A stretch of DNA of 64,000 nt from Salpingoeca rosetta (Eukaryota > Protista > Choanoflagellata). Made by a program: the position numbers and the translations under genes. The first letter of the stretch is position 1. Each line of letters begins with the position of its first letter. This document shows positions 34,558 through 62,796 of this stretch, piece by piece. The notes below the pieces were generated by a model. It saw nothing but the letters and a program-made list of their open reading frames with translations. It was not told where the DNA came from and made no database searches. The stretch is taken from positions 381,501 through 445,500 of the forward strand of contig JAWQFM010000036.1 in NCBI GenBank assembly GCA_033442325.1, given 5' to 3'.

Positions 34558-35683
34558 ATGTGTGCTCCCATCTCGTTGCATGTTACGACTCATGCCTGCA
34601 TGAGTGCATCTGCTGTTCATACCCGTTTGCGCATTCCGAACATCCCCTCACCTCAATGTTACTGCCGCAGCACGGTGCACATCGACGACTGCTGGGAGGC
34701 CGATGCCCGCGACCCCAACACCGGCCGCCTCGCCGCCAACGCCGACCGCTTTCCAGGCGGTATCGCGCCGCTTGCAGACTACATCCACAAGCTCGGTCTC
34801 AAGTTTGGCCTGTACACCGCAGAAAGCAAGACCACGTGCACGGGGCACGTTGGCTCGTATCTCAATGAGATTCTGGATGCGCAGACGTTTGCCGACTGGG
34901 GCGTCGACTACCTCAAGGTTCGCTCATGTGTGTTCACTTGTGCGTGTGTGTGTTCATGTGCGTGTGTGTGTTTCTGTGTGCGTGCGTGCATGTGTGTGTG
35001 TGTGTGTGTGTGTGTGCGCTTGCGTTTACATGTGTTTGCTCATCGAGTTGATCGATCGAGCGAGCGTTGTTTTCTCGGTTGTCCATTTCTTGACTCGTTC
35101 AGTATCACCAGCATTCTTCAGCCTCGTTCTCACTCCACGTTCTGTTCACCTTCAACATCTCCCCCCTTCCACACCTTCCACACCTTCCACACCTCACACG
35201 TTCAACACCACCACCACACCTCACACGTTCAACACCACCACCACCACACCTCACACGTTCAACACCACGTTCAACACCACCACCACCATCTCCTTCTGCT
35301 TTGCGTGGTAGGTGGACGGGTGCAACCCGAACAAGACGTACTACCCCACCGGCTACACCGCCATGGGCACCGCTCTTCAGATCTCTGGCCGTGACATTGT
35401 GTACTCGTGCTCGTGGCCCGCATATCTTGGCAGCAACGAGACAACGAAGCCATACAACACCATGATTGGCATTGGCTGTAACCTGTGGCGCAACTGGCAT
35501 GATATTCAGTGCAACTGGAAGTCCCTTTCAAGCATCATTGACCACTGGGGCGACTATGGACAGGTGCTTGCAAGCTACGCCGGCCCCGGTCACTGGAATG
35601 ATCCGGTAGGATGCTCGTCGGGGTTGTGATGCTGTCGTGGTGTTGTGCTGCGCTGTGTGTGTGTGTGCGCGCGTGTGTGTGTG

Positions 35684-35736
<53 letters not shown>

Positions 35737-36484
35737 GTGTCGTGTTTGGCCTTATTGCCGACGCTTCTTCACTCCATGATTACTTCTCCTCCCGTGTTCC
35801 GGCCTTAATTGAACACTTTTTTCACACACACACACACGCACACACACACATGCACACACACACACACGTTCACATGCATCTACACTGTATCAGGATATGC
35901 TGTTGATTGGCAACGATTGCATCACGGACGACCAGGCGCGCACGCAAATGGCAATTTGGTCCATTGTTGCTGCCCCGCTCATCATGGGCAATGACGTCCG
36001 CAACATCACCGCCTCCACACGCGCCATCCTTCTGAATCGTGACGCAATCGCCGTCAACCAGGATCCCCTCGGACAGGCCGGTTTCCGCATTTCGCCCAAG
36101 GGCGCCACGGAGGTGTGGGCGCGCAACATCACCAACGCCGTTGCTGTCGCTCTCCTGAACAAGGGATCGCAATCGTCGTCATCAGCCGACAGCGAGGCTT
36201 CGCGTGCCCAAACCATGCGTTTGGATTTGCCTGCAGGCAACGACGGCCAGGGTCCGGTGTTCACCCACGTCGACCGTGACGCTCAGCTGCGCGCACGCAG
36301 CGCAGCCGCCACCGCAGCCAACACCACCACCATCACCGTCAACTTTTCCGACATTGGCGTGTCTGGTTCCGCTGATGTGTATGACATCTGGGCGGGCAAG
36401 ACCGTTGGAACGTTCAGCAAGTCCTACTCTGCTCTCGTTCCGGAAGGCGGCACCGCTTTCCTGCGCATCACGCCCAAGAAGTGA
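33841..36484 (+). CDS. NAGA: GH27 alpha-N-acetylgalactosaminidase / alpha-galactosidase, 5 exons
   Basis: Signal peptide; LAQTPPMGWMSW, IDDCW, KFGLY, WGVDYLKVDGC, YSCSWPAY (NAGA-type), WRNWHDI, GPGHWNDPDML, AVNQDPLG. Confidence 0.93.
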
Positions 36485-36814
36485 CGCCCTTTGTTTGGTC
36501 CCTCGTGTTTGTTGACGTGTGCGTGTGTGTATGTGTGTGCGTGCGTGTGCGTGTGTGTGTGTTGGGGGAAATGGGATGGAGGTGGTGTGATCGGCTTGTC
36601 TTTTGAATGTGACGTTGCTTGTCGCTGAGTGGTTGACTTGCCTGTGCTGCTGCTGTTGCTGCTAAAGCATGTGATGGTGTGTTGATTGCTTTCCGTCACG
36701 ATTTACAATGAAAAGGGTGTTGGAGGAAGAATAAGTTTACATTCAGCGCAAACAACGCGTGTGCGCGTGTGCATACGTGTGCCTGTGAACTGTGTGTGTG
36801 CGTGCGTGTGTGTG

Positions 36815-50081
<13,267 letters not shown>

Positions 50082-50701
50082 CTTTTCTTTGCGCCTCAGG
50101 AGCCTCAAATCAACACCACCACCACCACCAACCACCAAACTTCGTGCAACAACACAACCCCAAACACAACCCAAAGGAAACGAACCAAATGTCGTATCAC
50201 CAACCAACCGACGCTCCGACCTACGGGACACCACCACAAGCCACAGCAAGCGGCAAATGAGGCACTGAGAAGTAATGAACTGAGAAGTGAGCACACAAAC
50301 AAAGCGCTGTCTTCCACCCACCACCCACAACCCACAACCGCAGCAATGCAACTGTCGTGTCTTGTTCTGTTGCCGAAAATCATCGAATGATACCATCTAT
50401 TCCTCCACAACCACAACCAACCAGCAACAAAGAACGAACGACTCACTGACTGCTGCGCGCACCGCACCACTCGCTTCCACGCTCTTTACACACATACACA
50501 CACATACACACACATACACACACACACACACACACACATACACACATACACACATACACACATACACACACACATACACACACACAGCTCACACACACAC
50601 AGCTCACATACACACACTTACCTGCACAAGCACACAACAACAACAACAAACAGCAACTACAAACAGCAACAAGCAACAACAGCACCAACAACAACAACAA
50701 C

Positions 50702-53206
50702 ATGGACGATGCCGCTGAACGCGATGCTGAGCTGCTGCAGGGTGACGCGCGGCGCAACAATCCAGCTGCGGTGCTGGTGGAGTTGCTGCAGATGATGGGG
50801 AGCAATGAGCCGACCATGTCCCATGCCGTGTTTGCCATGCTCAACATGGTTGCGCCGAGCTGTCCGTGGGTCTCTGTTGAAGAAGCACCAGCGGACGTCG
50901 TGCGTGAGATGTCACGGGTGATCACCTCCTACTTGCGCTGGCCGTCCGTGAGTAATCCCTTGCACCAGAATATCCTCTTCCTGCTGCTGGACAGGCCCAT
51001 TGGTGGAGCCGTCTGCGCACACATCGACGTCATCTCGCTCATCGTCAGCGAGCTGGACCGCGTGCGGCCAGGCCTGGTGCAGGGTGAGGAGTACAGCCGC
51101 CTGCGGGGCACCTACTTCGTGCTCATCTGTAACATGCTGCACTGCCCGCGCTCCCGCGACGCCATCTCCCGCCAGTTTCTGCAGAGTCCACTCTTGCAGG
51201 CGATATTGGACATCATCAACCCGCCCCGCAGTCGGCTCGAGGAGCAGCAGCAGCGGCGGCGGCAACAACGGCGCCGTCAGCGAGAGTTTGCATCCCAGTT
51301 TGCGGCCACCGCTCAACCCATGGACACGGACACCAGCAGCGGTGTTGCGCGTGATGCCAGTGACCGTGTTGACAGTGATGATGATCATGATGATCATGAT
51401 GGCAGTGGTGGTGAACGCCGGCAAGCGGCAGAGGAGGGCGACGGCTCCTCGTCTGATTCCGACGCGGCAGGGCGCGAAATGCGACTCAGTCAGCGTCGCC
51501 ATCACCGCGATCATCATCGTCGTCATCAGCATCATCGTTATCGTTATCGCGACTGGGATGGCGAGGAAGGGGCTGCCACAGACGACCCAGACACATACAC
51601 CAGCACCGACACAGACGATGGCGATGATGATGATGATGACGACGACGACGACGGCGATGGTGGCAACGCCCGCCGCGCAATCTTCTTGACTGCATCGGAC
51701 GGCGTGCTGTACGAGAGACACATGGCGTTTCTGACCCTCAACTGGGTTGGTGGGTGTGAGGTTGGCACGCACTTCCTTCTTGACCACCTCGACATGCTGA
51801 CACAGACGCTGGAGCGCTCACGCCACCGTGTGGAGATGGTGCTCACGCTGGCCAACCTCAGCTCGTATCTGCACGACGACACGCACGCGCTGCGACGGGT
51901 GGCGACGTGCGGCACGGTACCCATCCTCGTCACTGTCGTGCACCACGACAAGATTGACCGCGGGTCTGTCGGCGCACTCATGGGGCTGCTCAACATGTAC
52001 GTACACGTGCCACCGAGCCACCACAGGTACCTCGCCACGCCAACGGAGATGGGATTCCCGAGCACGTACAACCCCTCGGTCAAGTTTAGTGAGCGCAGGA
52101 CAGCGGCAACGCCCAGCGGCCGCGGGGGGCGCAGCAGTGGTGGTGATCAGCCATGGTACGGCAGGCTCTTACCCAGGGGGGCACCTCGCAACAGTGGTGA
52201 TGGTGGTGGTGGTGAAGATGCCATGGATGAACGACATGACTCTGCTGTTGACAACGACCGCGATGGTGATGATGATGATGGTGATGGTGATGTTGATGAT
52301 GATGGTGTTGATGGTGGTATGGAGGGTCATGGCAACACCGTGGCGGACAGGCCCGCGTTTCTTGTGACGGACCACCACATACAGCTGCTGTTGGACTGCC
52401 TCGACTGCTCAATCCGGAACGAAGCGCACGGCAACGTGCTGTGGTCGCCATGGCACCCCTGCCAGGCCCTCGCCGCACTCGCCTGCGTGCCCTCGTTCGT
52501 GCCCAAACTCATTGCGAAACGCACGCACGTGCGACTGGTGGAGGCATTGCGTGTGCCACGCACAGGACGGCAGGCCGAGCCCGTGTGCGACGAACGCTAT
52601 GCCCTCAAGGCATTGCGACAGCTCGTCCGCATGTCGTCTGCATTGCGCAACGACACCGACATTATGCAATGTGTGCGGCACGCGCTCGCCCGCGCGCAGA
52701 GCGAAGCAGCGCGCACACACGCGGTTGAGATTGCGGAGGTGATGTCCATGCACGGGGTGGCGCTTCCATCCCTCTCGCACATGTGTCGACGACGGCTGCG
52801 ACACCTGTTTGATCAGATGCTCACGGAGCGCATTGTCAGCGATGGCAGTGGTGATGGTGATGATGGTACGAGCGGAGAGATGCGGGAAGGACGACATCAA
52901 ACACAGCGGCCGACTGCAACTGCATCTGCATCAATCGACACTCCCACAACAGCACCAGCACCAGCAACAACGGCACCAACACCAGCAACAACGGCACCAA
53001 CACCAGAAACAACTGCAACAACGGCACCAACACCAGCAACACCAGCACCGCGGGCGGTGACCATTTCCCCACACGTGACGATTGTTCCGTCGCCGATGGA
53101 CGAGGACGAACGCGTGCGCGTGTATTCATTTCAAGCGGGCGGGCGGGAGAGCGACGTGCCCGTTCCCCTCATGTCAGAGGAGGATGATGAAGAAGAGGAG
53201 GAGTAC

Positions 53207-53285
<79 letters not shown>

Positions 53286-53512
53286 GCACTCGAAGCAGGG
53301 GTAGTAATGGTAGAAGAGGGTATGCTCGTGACGGTGGAAGCAGTCGTGGTGAGAGGGGTGATGGTATGGCTGAGCGGAGACGCGTGGCACGTGAGCGTGT
53401 GCTAACTGCGTGTCGGGGAACGTTTGAGACGAGTCACGATGCGTATGTGACGTTTGTTCGCGCCATGAACACGCCGCCCGCCATTGAGGCGTTTCTCTTG
53501 TACGAGGACTGA
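50702..53512 (+). CDS. Single-exon 936-aa helical (ARM/HEAT-like) protein with acidic inserts and a split C-terminal SOCS-box-like motif
   Basis: Long open frame; ARM-like segments (VLTLANLS...RRVATCGTVPILVTVV...LMGLLNM); BC-box-like LPSLSHMCRRRLR and terminal MNTPPAIEAFLLY. Confidence 0.75.
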
Positions 53513-53521
53513 TGTGCGCGC

Positions 53522-53616
<95 letters not shown>

Positions 53617-53865
53617 TCATGTCGCTTTTACCTCAGCTCGTACGTTTTGGTTCATTATTAGCGGTTCAGTAGGGCTTCGGCCCACAATGTAACAACCACA
53701 GTCACGCTGAAGAACGCGAGCATGTGCTCACGACAAAGGATAACAAGAGATTGTGACTGTGAAGGCGTGGTGAAAAATAGAGAAGAGCGAAACGGCAGTC
53801 ACATAGGAACACACAAACACACACAAACACACACACACACACATACACGCATACACACAGTGTCA

Positions 53866-56275
<2,410 letters not shown>

Positions 56276-56586
56276 CACCAACACCACCACGGGGTTGTTC
56301 CAATTTCAAAAGTATCTTAGGCAGAAATGGCTGTTTCAAGATCTGCTGAGGCGATCTTGGCGTTGTATGGGTGTCAAACCATGATTTGCAGCCCTGCGTG
56401 TGCCCTGTCCATTGCACCCCTTGGGTTGACCATACACCTTGCCTGGACCGAGTTTGAGCGATTTTATTGGAAAGACATGGTGGGGGTAGGTGGTCGGTTA
56501 TGCAGGCCAGGGGGGGGGGGGGTTCAGGTAAAACTGTCAAGAAGAGGCTACAGCGCATCCATGCGCTTGCTTACACAAGGCACACG

Positions 56587-57727
56587 TTAGGTGGCGTTAT
56601 CGTGAGTAGCTACATGCCGTGTGACTGCTGATTGGTGAGGTGATGGCGGTGGTGGTGGTGGTGGTGGTGGCAGGGGCGGCAGGAGCGGCGACGCTTGTGC
56701 ACGCACGTCGTTGAACTGGGCCTCGTAGCCATCTGGGAAGAAGTTCTGCTGGTCCTCATGTGACAGATGAGTAAGGTGCTTGTCACGGAGGGCACGCAAG
56801 TCTTGCTGGCGCTCTTTAGATATGTGGAAGCGCTCGAGAGGTGCAACGTGGCTGAACAGGTCCTCGCTGATGCTGGATGGGCGGAAGAGGGTCGTGTATG
56901 CATACCACTCCTCTGATGCTCGGGCGCGAAGCTGTACGGCCCCCGGCGCGGAGGGCCGGAACCAGAAATGGTGGAAGTCGCTGATGCCCGCGATCCTTCG
57001 AGCACCCGCGCGCTCAAAGGACTGCGAGAATGCGGACTGCTTGACGGTGGACGCGTCCACAGCGCTGTTTGTTCGGCTCGATCCGTCAATAACTTCCATA
57101 AACTGTCGCGGGTTGTACACGTCCTTGTTCTTGAGGGCATGCTTGAACACGCCAAAGTGGGCGTCGTTGGCAGCTTTGGTGTGGCCCGGGATCATAAAGT
57201 GCAGGATAATCTCCTGATGACGCAGGACTGAGCGCGCGCTGAGGTACTGCATCACACAGTTGTTCTTGTTCTGCGCCGCCGTGCTGTCCGCCAGGATGTA
57301 CACACGCTCAGCCTCTGGGTAGCCCTCCAGCACGTGGTGCAGAAGCGACACCATGAAGTCTGCGCCCTGCACCATGGCGCGTTGTGTCTCAGGAACAACG
57401 TAGTTGACTTGATGCGCCGTGCCCAAGTTGGCAATGCCGAAAACATCGACAGCCAAGCCGGTGGTGTAGCAGATGTCTTTGGGCTCTTGGGTGAGATGTG
57501 GCAGCCTGCACGTCCCAGCCTTGTCCATGCTCAATGCCAAGGTGTTGGCGTGAAGGGCGGCGAAGCGTGCGTGGGCGTGGTAGAACGCACGCTCCAGTCG
57601 AGTGGGCAGCAAGTGCAGCTTGAGCTGGACGTGGTTCTGCAAGTCAGCAACCAGCACCGTGTCGGAAGCGTTGGGCAAGATGAGTGTGTGGGACCACCGT
57701 TGCAAACAATGCCTTCAACATGATGCA

Positions 57728-57814
<87 letters not shown>

Positions 57815-57815
57815 C

Positions 57816-57847
<32 letters not shown>

Positions 57848-57865
57848 GCGTGTGTGTGTATGTGC

Positions 57866-57914
<49 letters not shown>

Positions 57915-58192
57915 CGTGTGTGTGTGCGTGCGTGTGTGTGTGCGTGCGTGCGTGCGTGCGCGCGTGTGTGTGTATGTGCGGGTGGGTGTATGTGTATATG
58001 TGTGACAGCCCACCTTGGTTCGCCGCAACTCCATGCAGCGGTTGCACAAATCCGTGCGGAGCTTGTCGCTGACAACCCAGGGCATATGCCGACGCCAGAC
58101 GTACACAAAGTCCCCGTAGGACAGGGCATCCCCTTGAACAACAAGCAGCACGACATGGGCCAAGCTGAGTGAGCGCTCGCTCGAGTTTGAGT

Positions 58193-58270
<78 letters not shown>

Positions 58271-58952
58271 CGTGCGTGTGTGTGTGTGTGTGCGTGTGTG
58301 TGCGTGTGTGTGTGTGTGCGTGTGTGTGCGTGTGTGTGTATGTGTGTGTGCGTGTGTGTGTATGTGTGTGTGTGTGTGTATGTGTGTGTGTGTGTGTGTN
58401 NNNNNNNNNNNNNNNNNNNNNNNNNNNNNNNNNNNNNNNNNNNNNNNNNNNNNNNNNNNNNNNNNNNNNNNNNNNNNNNNNNNNNNNNNNNNNNNNNNNG
58501 CGCTGACCTCCAGTAGTGCTTGGAGACGTGTCCTTATGCACTCTCAGGTAGTCCTCGTGCATTGCCTTCTTGGTCTTGTCAACGGGGAGGAGCAGCATCG
58601 GGCCCCGCTGTCCAGGGTTTGGCAGGCCATCCACCCGCGCGATGGCGTCAATCACTGCGAGGGCAAACTTGGTGCGAGGGTGCTTCACATTCTTCGTGTT
58701 GCCCGGGCGCTTCGTTGGAGTCGGCACAACGTGCTCGTTGCGCAGGTCTTGAAGTGCGTTGGCAATCATGCGAGAGCCCATGCCCGTGACTTTCATGAAC
58801 GACGTCTTGCACAAAGTTGCGCCTGACCATGGCACGCAGGGCATGTGTGCATAAAGCTGCGAGAATGAGGAGTGCTTTGGGAGCAAGTGGCGCGGCTTGC
58901 AGTGCCACTCATGTACGTGGCACCGACAAAACATGACCTTCGTCAGCACGCA

Positions 58953-59033
<81 letters not shown>

Positions 59034-59791
59034 ACACACACGGACAGCCCTCAGCAATCACGCACCTAACACGCACCTAACACACAGTACTTGGGGCGGA
59101 GTCGGTGTGCTGTGACGGGGACGGAGTCGTCATGATGCCGTTTGGCGCGGCTCTTGCGGGGCTTGCCTTTGGGGGGTGTGCCTGCCGCTCCAGAGACACA
59201 CGTCGCCAGGAGGCTCTGGCATGCAATGCGCTTGGCATGCTGTGACAGTCTGTCGTACTCTGCCCTGATCTGCTGCACGGTAGACCGCGGCAGAGAATCC
59301 AAGCATGTGCCCGAGGCGCACTTGCACTTCTTCTCAATGGCATGCGTGGGTGGAGCTGTGCGCTGTTGCCGGTAGATGCGTGCGTGTTCAGCTGATGTGT
59401 CGGCGTCGTCATCCTCATCGTCCACCATTTCATCGTGATCGTCGTCCTCACACGCAGAGCTGTCGTGTGACTCGTCCTGCGTGCAGTGCGTGGCATCGTG
59501 CAGTGCTGTGGACGATTTGGGCCGTGCATCGAATGCTGAGGTGCCCGATACCGTGTAGGACGTGCGCATGTGCTGCAGGGCATGCCTCAGCTCATTGACC
59601 AGCGCTGCATCCACGCCGGGCAAGTCTGGCAGATCAAACTCCGTGTCCGTGAGTCGATGCACCAGCTCATCCACCGATTGTGCGATCTCTCCCGACGGCG
59701 GGAGGGCCACGTCTGGCCACCTCTCTGCACCCTCACCGCGCTCCCCATCAGATCCACCCAAGGGCAAACGGAGCGCGGCGCTGTCCATCAT
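56587..59791 (-). mobile_element. Sola-like DDD transposase gene, 4 exons, apparently intact; no clear terminal inverted repeats seen
   Basis: CKC...CL, YCVLGATLCKTSF, LLLP, RTDLCNRC, LSMD...LP, ADSTAAQNKN, FMIPGHTKAANDAHFG; exons join in frame (phases 1,1,0). Confidence 0.8.
58400..58499. other. Assembly gap (100 N) in a transposase intron
   Basis: Run of N. Confidence 1.
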
Positions 59792-60172
59792 TGGTGTGGT
59801 TGTGTGCGATTGGTATGTGGCATTTCCAGTGGGCTTTCAAATTTTAGTGACATGGTCAACCACCTCAACTTGCGTCAACCCCATATACATCCCTGAGGCT
59901 CATCCGGGGCTCATTCGAACCGCCTCTCTGTGCTCTGTTCGCTCACGACATTTGCAGCAAGTGTGTGTGTGTGTGTGTGTGCGTGCGTGCGTGTGTGCGT
60001 GTGTGTGTGTTGTGTGTCTGTGTTGTGTGTCTGTGTCTGTGTTGCGTGTGTCGTTTGCTTGCTCCGGAACTCTCTTCGCCCCGATGATCCTGCCGTGTGA
60101 CGTGGCTCGCGCAGGTGTATGCCCAAAAGAACTCAACAGTAGAACAAAACACAAAACAAGTCATCGTGTCAT

Positions 60173-62760
60173 TCAAGCACATGATTCCTCATCATCGTCA
60201 TCAGCGGCAACATCACCGTGTGCAGGTGCTGCCTGGGTGCCGGATTCAAAGGCATGGATCAGGCGAGCAGCGGCACCAACGGGCACGCCAGTCAGCGCTT
60301 CTTCCTTCAGGCGCCCCCTCTCCTTCATCGCGCGCAACACCTCAAAGCTGGCCACCCCCAAGGCTGCGAGCGCGCCACGCGCATCGGCAGAAAGACTCAG
60401 CGACGAAAGCCACTCCTCAAATGAGACGATATCACGTTTAGCAGCGGCCACAGCCATGCGCACGTGCTTCGCCATCCTCGCCGCATCGGCTGCGCGGTCA
60501 GCGTGGTGCTGGAGTGACATCATGCCGTCCATGTCAAACAGCGACAGCACCACTTCACGCACGCTCTTGTGCTGCTGTGGAGGCCGCAGGTGCAGTACTT
60601 GTGTGAAGTACTCGTCGAGCGCTGCTGTTGTCTCCTTGCTCACCACATCCGGCAACTTCATCGCCAGCCGCTTCATGTACTCGGGCGAATCGTACTCGCT
60701 CGCTGATGCCACACTCATGGTATGGTTGCCGTCGTGCCAACCACTGCCAACGAAGAGTGGGACGATGCGGCGGAGGCGGATCTTGTCTGGGTGCTGGCGA
60801 GCAAGCTGTTGCAGCTCAAGCATGGCCATCCACTCCAACAACACGTTGTCGCACGTGTCATTGTGGCCGAGCGAGCGCATCTGATGGATTGCAGCGACGG
60901 CCACGACGGGACAGGCGACCACGCTGTGTTGAAGAGCTGTCAGGCACGCATGCTTGAAGTTGACGCCTGCCTCGAGGTTGTTGGCATCCACAAAGACCAC
61001 CAAGCCATGGTGCTCCAACTTTGGGTGAAGGGTCAACACCAGGCCGGTGTTGCCGCGTTGCCTGTGACGTGGTGATGTGGGGTGGTGGTGGTAAAGTGAG
61101 GAAATTAGAGGGATAGAAATACAATCACTTTGCATCCATTGCACACACACACACACACACGAGCACACAAAACTCTCACCTGTAGCTGATGAAGGCGTCG
61201 TACTTGTCCTGCAGCCCGAGGACTGGCAGCAAGGGGCGGTACTTGGTGCTCAGATCACTCACCCTCACCAAGTCATCACCCACCCACATGTCCTGCTTGC
61301 TCTTGTGGTGGTGCAGCACGTCCTCAAATAACAGTAATTTCTTCTTGTTGTATGGCAACAACAGGTTGGCCTTGAGGTCAGGATAACGCTGTAAGGCGGC
61401 GGTGGTGATGATGTCGTACAGCACGTGCAGCAGTGTGCGCGGTCGGTCGCTTGTGATCTTGATCTTGATGCCGCCGACTGCGGGCACAAGCTGCAGCTCC
61501 ACTTTCGTCGTGTTGATGAAGAGGATGACGTGGGTGCGGCTCAGCTGCGGCTCCTGTGCTGCTGTTGACTGCATACCTTCCAGCACACGTGCCAACACAA
61601 CTGTGAACAGTCCTTCTGGCAGGAACGATGCTTGCTGTGCATCTTCAACTCCCACGCTCGCGGTCTTCTTGAAGTCATTCAGGCTGAACGTGATGTAGGC
61701 TGTTTTCTCCTCATACGCGCCGTAGGTGTGGGCATCTTTGGCTGCAGTGGTACTCAGTATCACCGAGGATGTCTCTTTTCCCTTCAGGGTCATGGGCAGG
61801 TTGGACGGAACCAAATACTGCTGCTGTTGCTGTTGCTGTTCTTGCTGTTGCTGCCCGGCCTGCATCGTCGCGTGGGAATATTCCGCACACAACCCGTACT
61901 CCATCATGAGTTGGAGGAAGGGCTCAACCATGTCATCCCGCACATCCTTCCACAGCACACCCAGCAGACGGCGGTGCAAGATACCGCGATCAACGAGATC
62001 GTCCCACACGCCAGGGCCGAGTGCCCTCGCCTTGCCATCACGCACATCGCGGTGCAGATCAAAGTTGCGGATGACGCGCGTCATCGTGTCTACCGCCCAC
62101 TGCGGACTCAGGATCACATAGTCCTCCATGCCAGGCACGTGGTCGTAGTACAGCACCATGGAGTACAGGTGCAGGAACTGGAGGCAGGCTCTCGTCTCCT
62201 CACGTGTGTGCAGCCCACACGTGCCCGCAATCTTCACCACCTCGTCAAAGGTGAGCAGCGGGCGCTTCTCGTCGCGGGCGATGGCGTTGAGCTTGTCGTA
62301 GAGGTGGAGGTATGGCACGGCCACCTCCTGGCTCACGTATTCCTGCGCTAAGGCTATGGAGGAGATGGTCTGGCGCAGGTCCTGGATCATGGGGTCATTG
62401 ATGGACTTGGTGTTGTTGACAGGCCAGAACCACAGACCATGCTTGTCGTTGTGAATGACGCCAGGAAAGGCCGGGTTGTAACGCAGATGACTGTGGATGT
62501 CACGGGAGAGCTGTGTGTGCAGCGTTCTGCTGCGCACTTTGTCGGCGTGCGTGCCGACGATGAGGACGGGTGCGCCCTTGGCGTGGAGGTGGAGCGAGGA
62601 GAGCCAGTGCTCCATAAACTCCCACGTCTCTGCCCGCTTGCTGGCATCTTGGTGCAGCAGGTCCTCCATCGAGAACACCAGCAGGTACACCGCGTACCTG
62701 GTGTGGGTGTGCGGTGATGAAGGGAGAGGTGAATGAAGGAGAGGTGGTGGAGGGACTGCA

Positions 62761-62796
<36 letters not shown>

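Noticed and set aside
35165-35290. Short tandem repeats (CACCTCACACGTTCAACACCAC; also 48535-48582, 17240-17325, 13385-13440) as possible CRISPR-like arrays
   Set aside because: No unique spacers and no cas genes; ordinary slippage repeats in a eukaryote
56380-59930. Terminal inverted repeats/TSD around the transposase
   Set aside because: Only a 10-bp inverted match found; insufficient to define element ends
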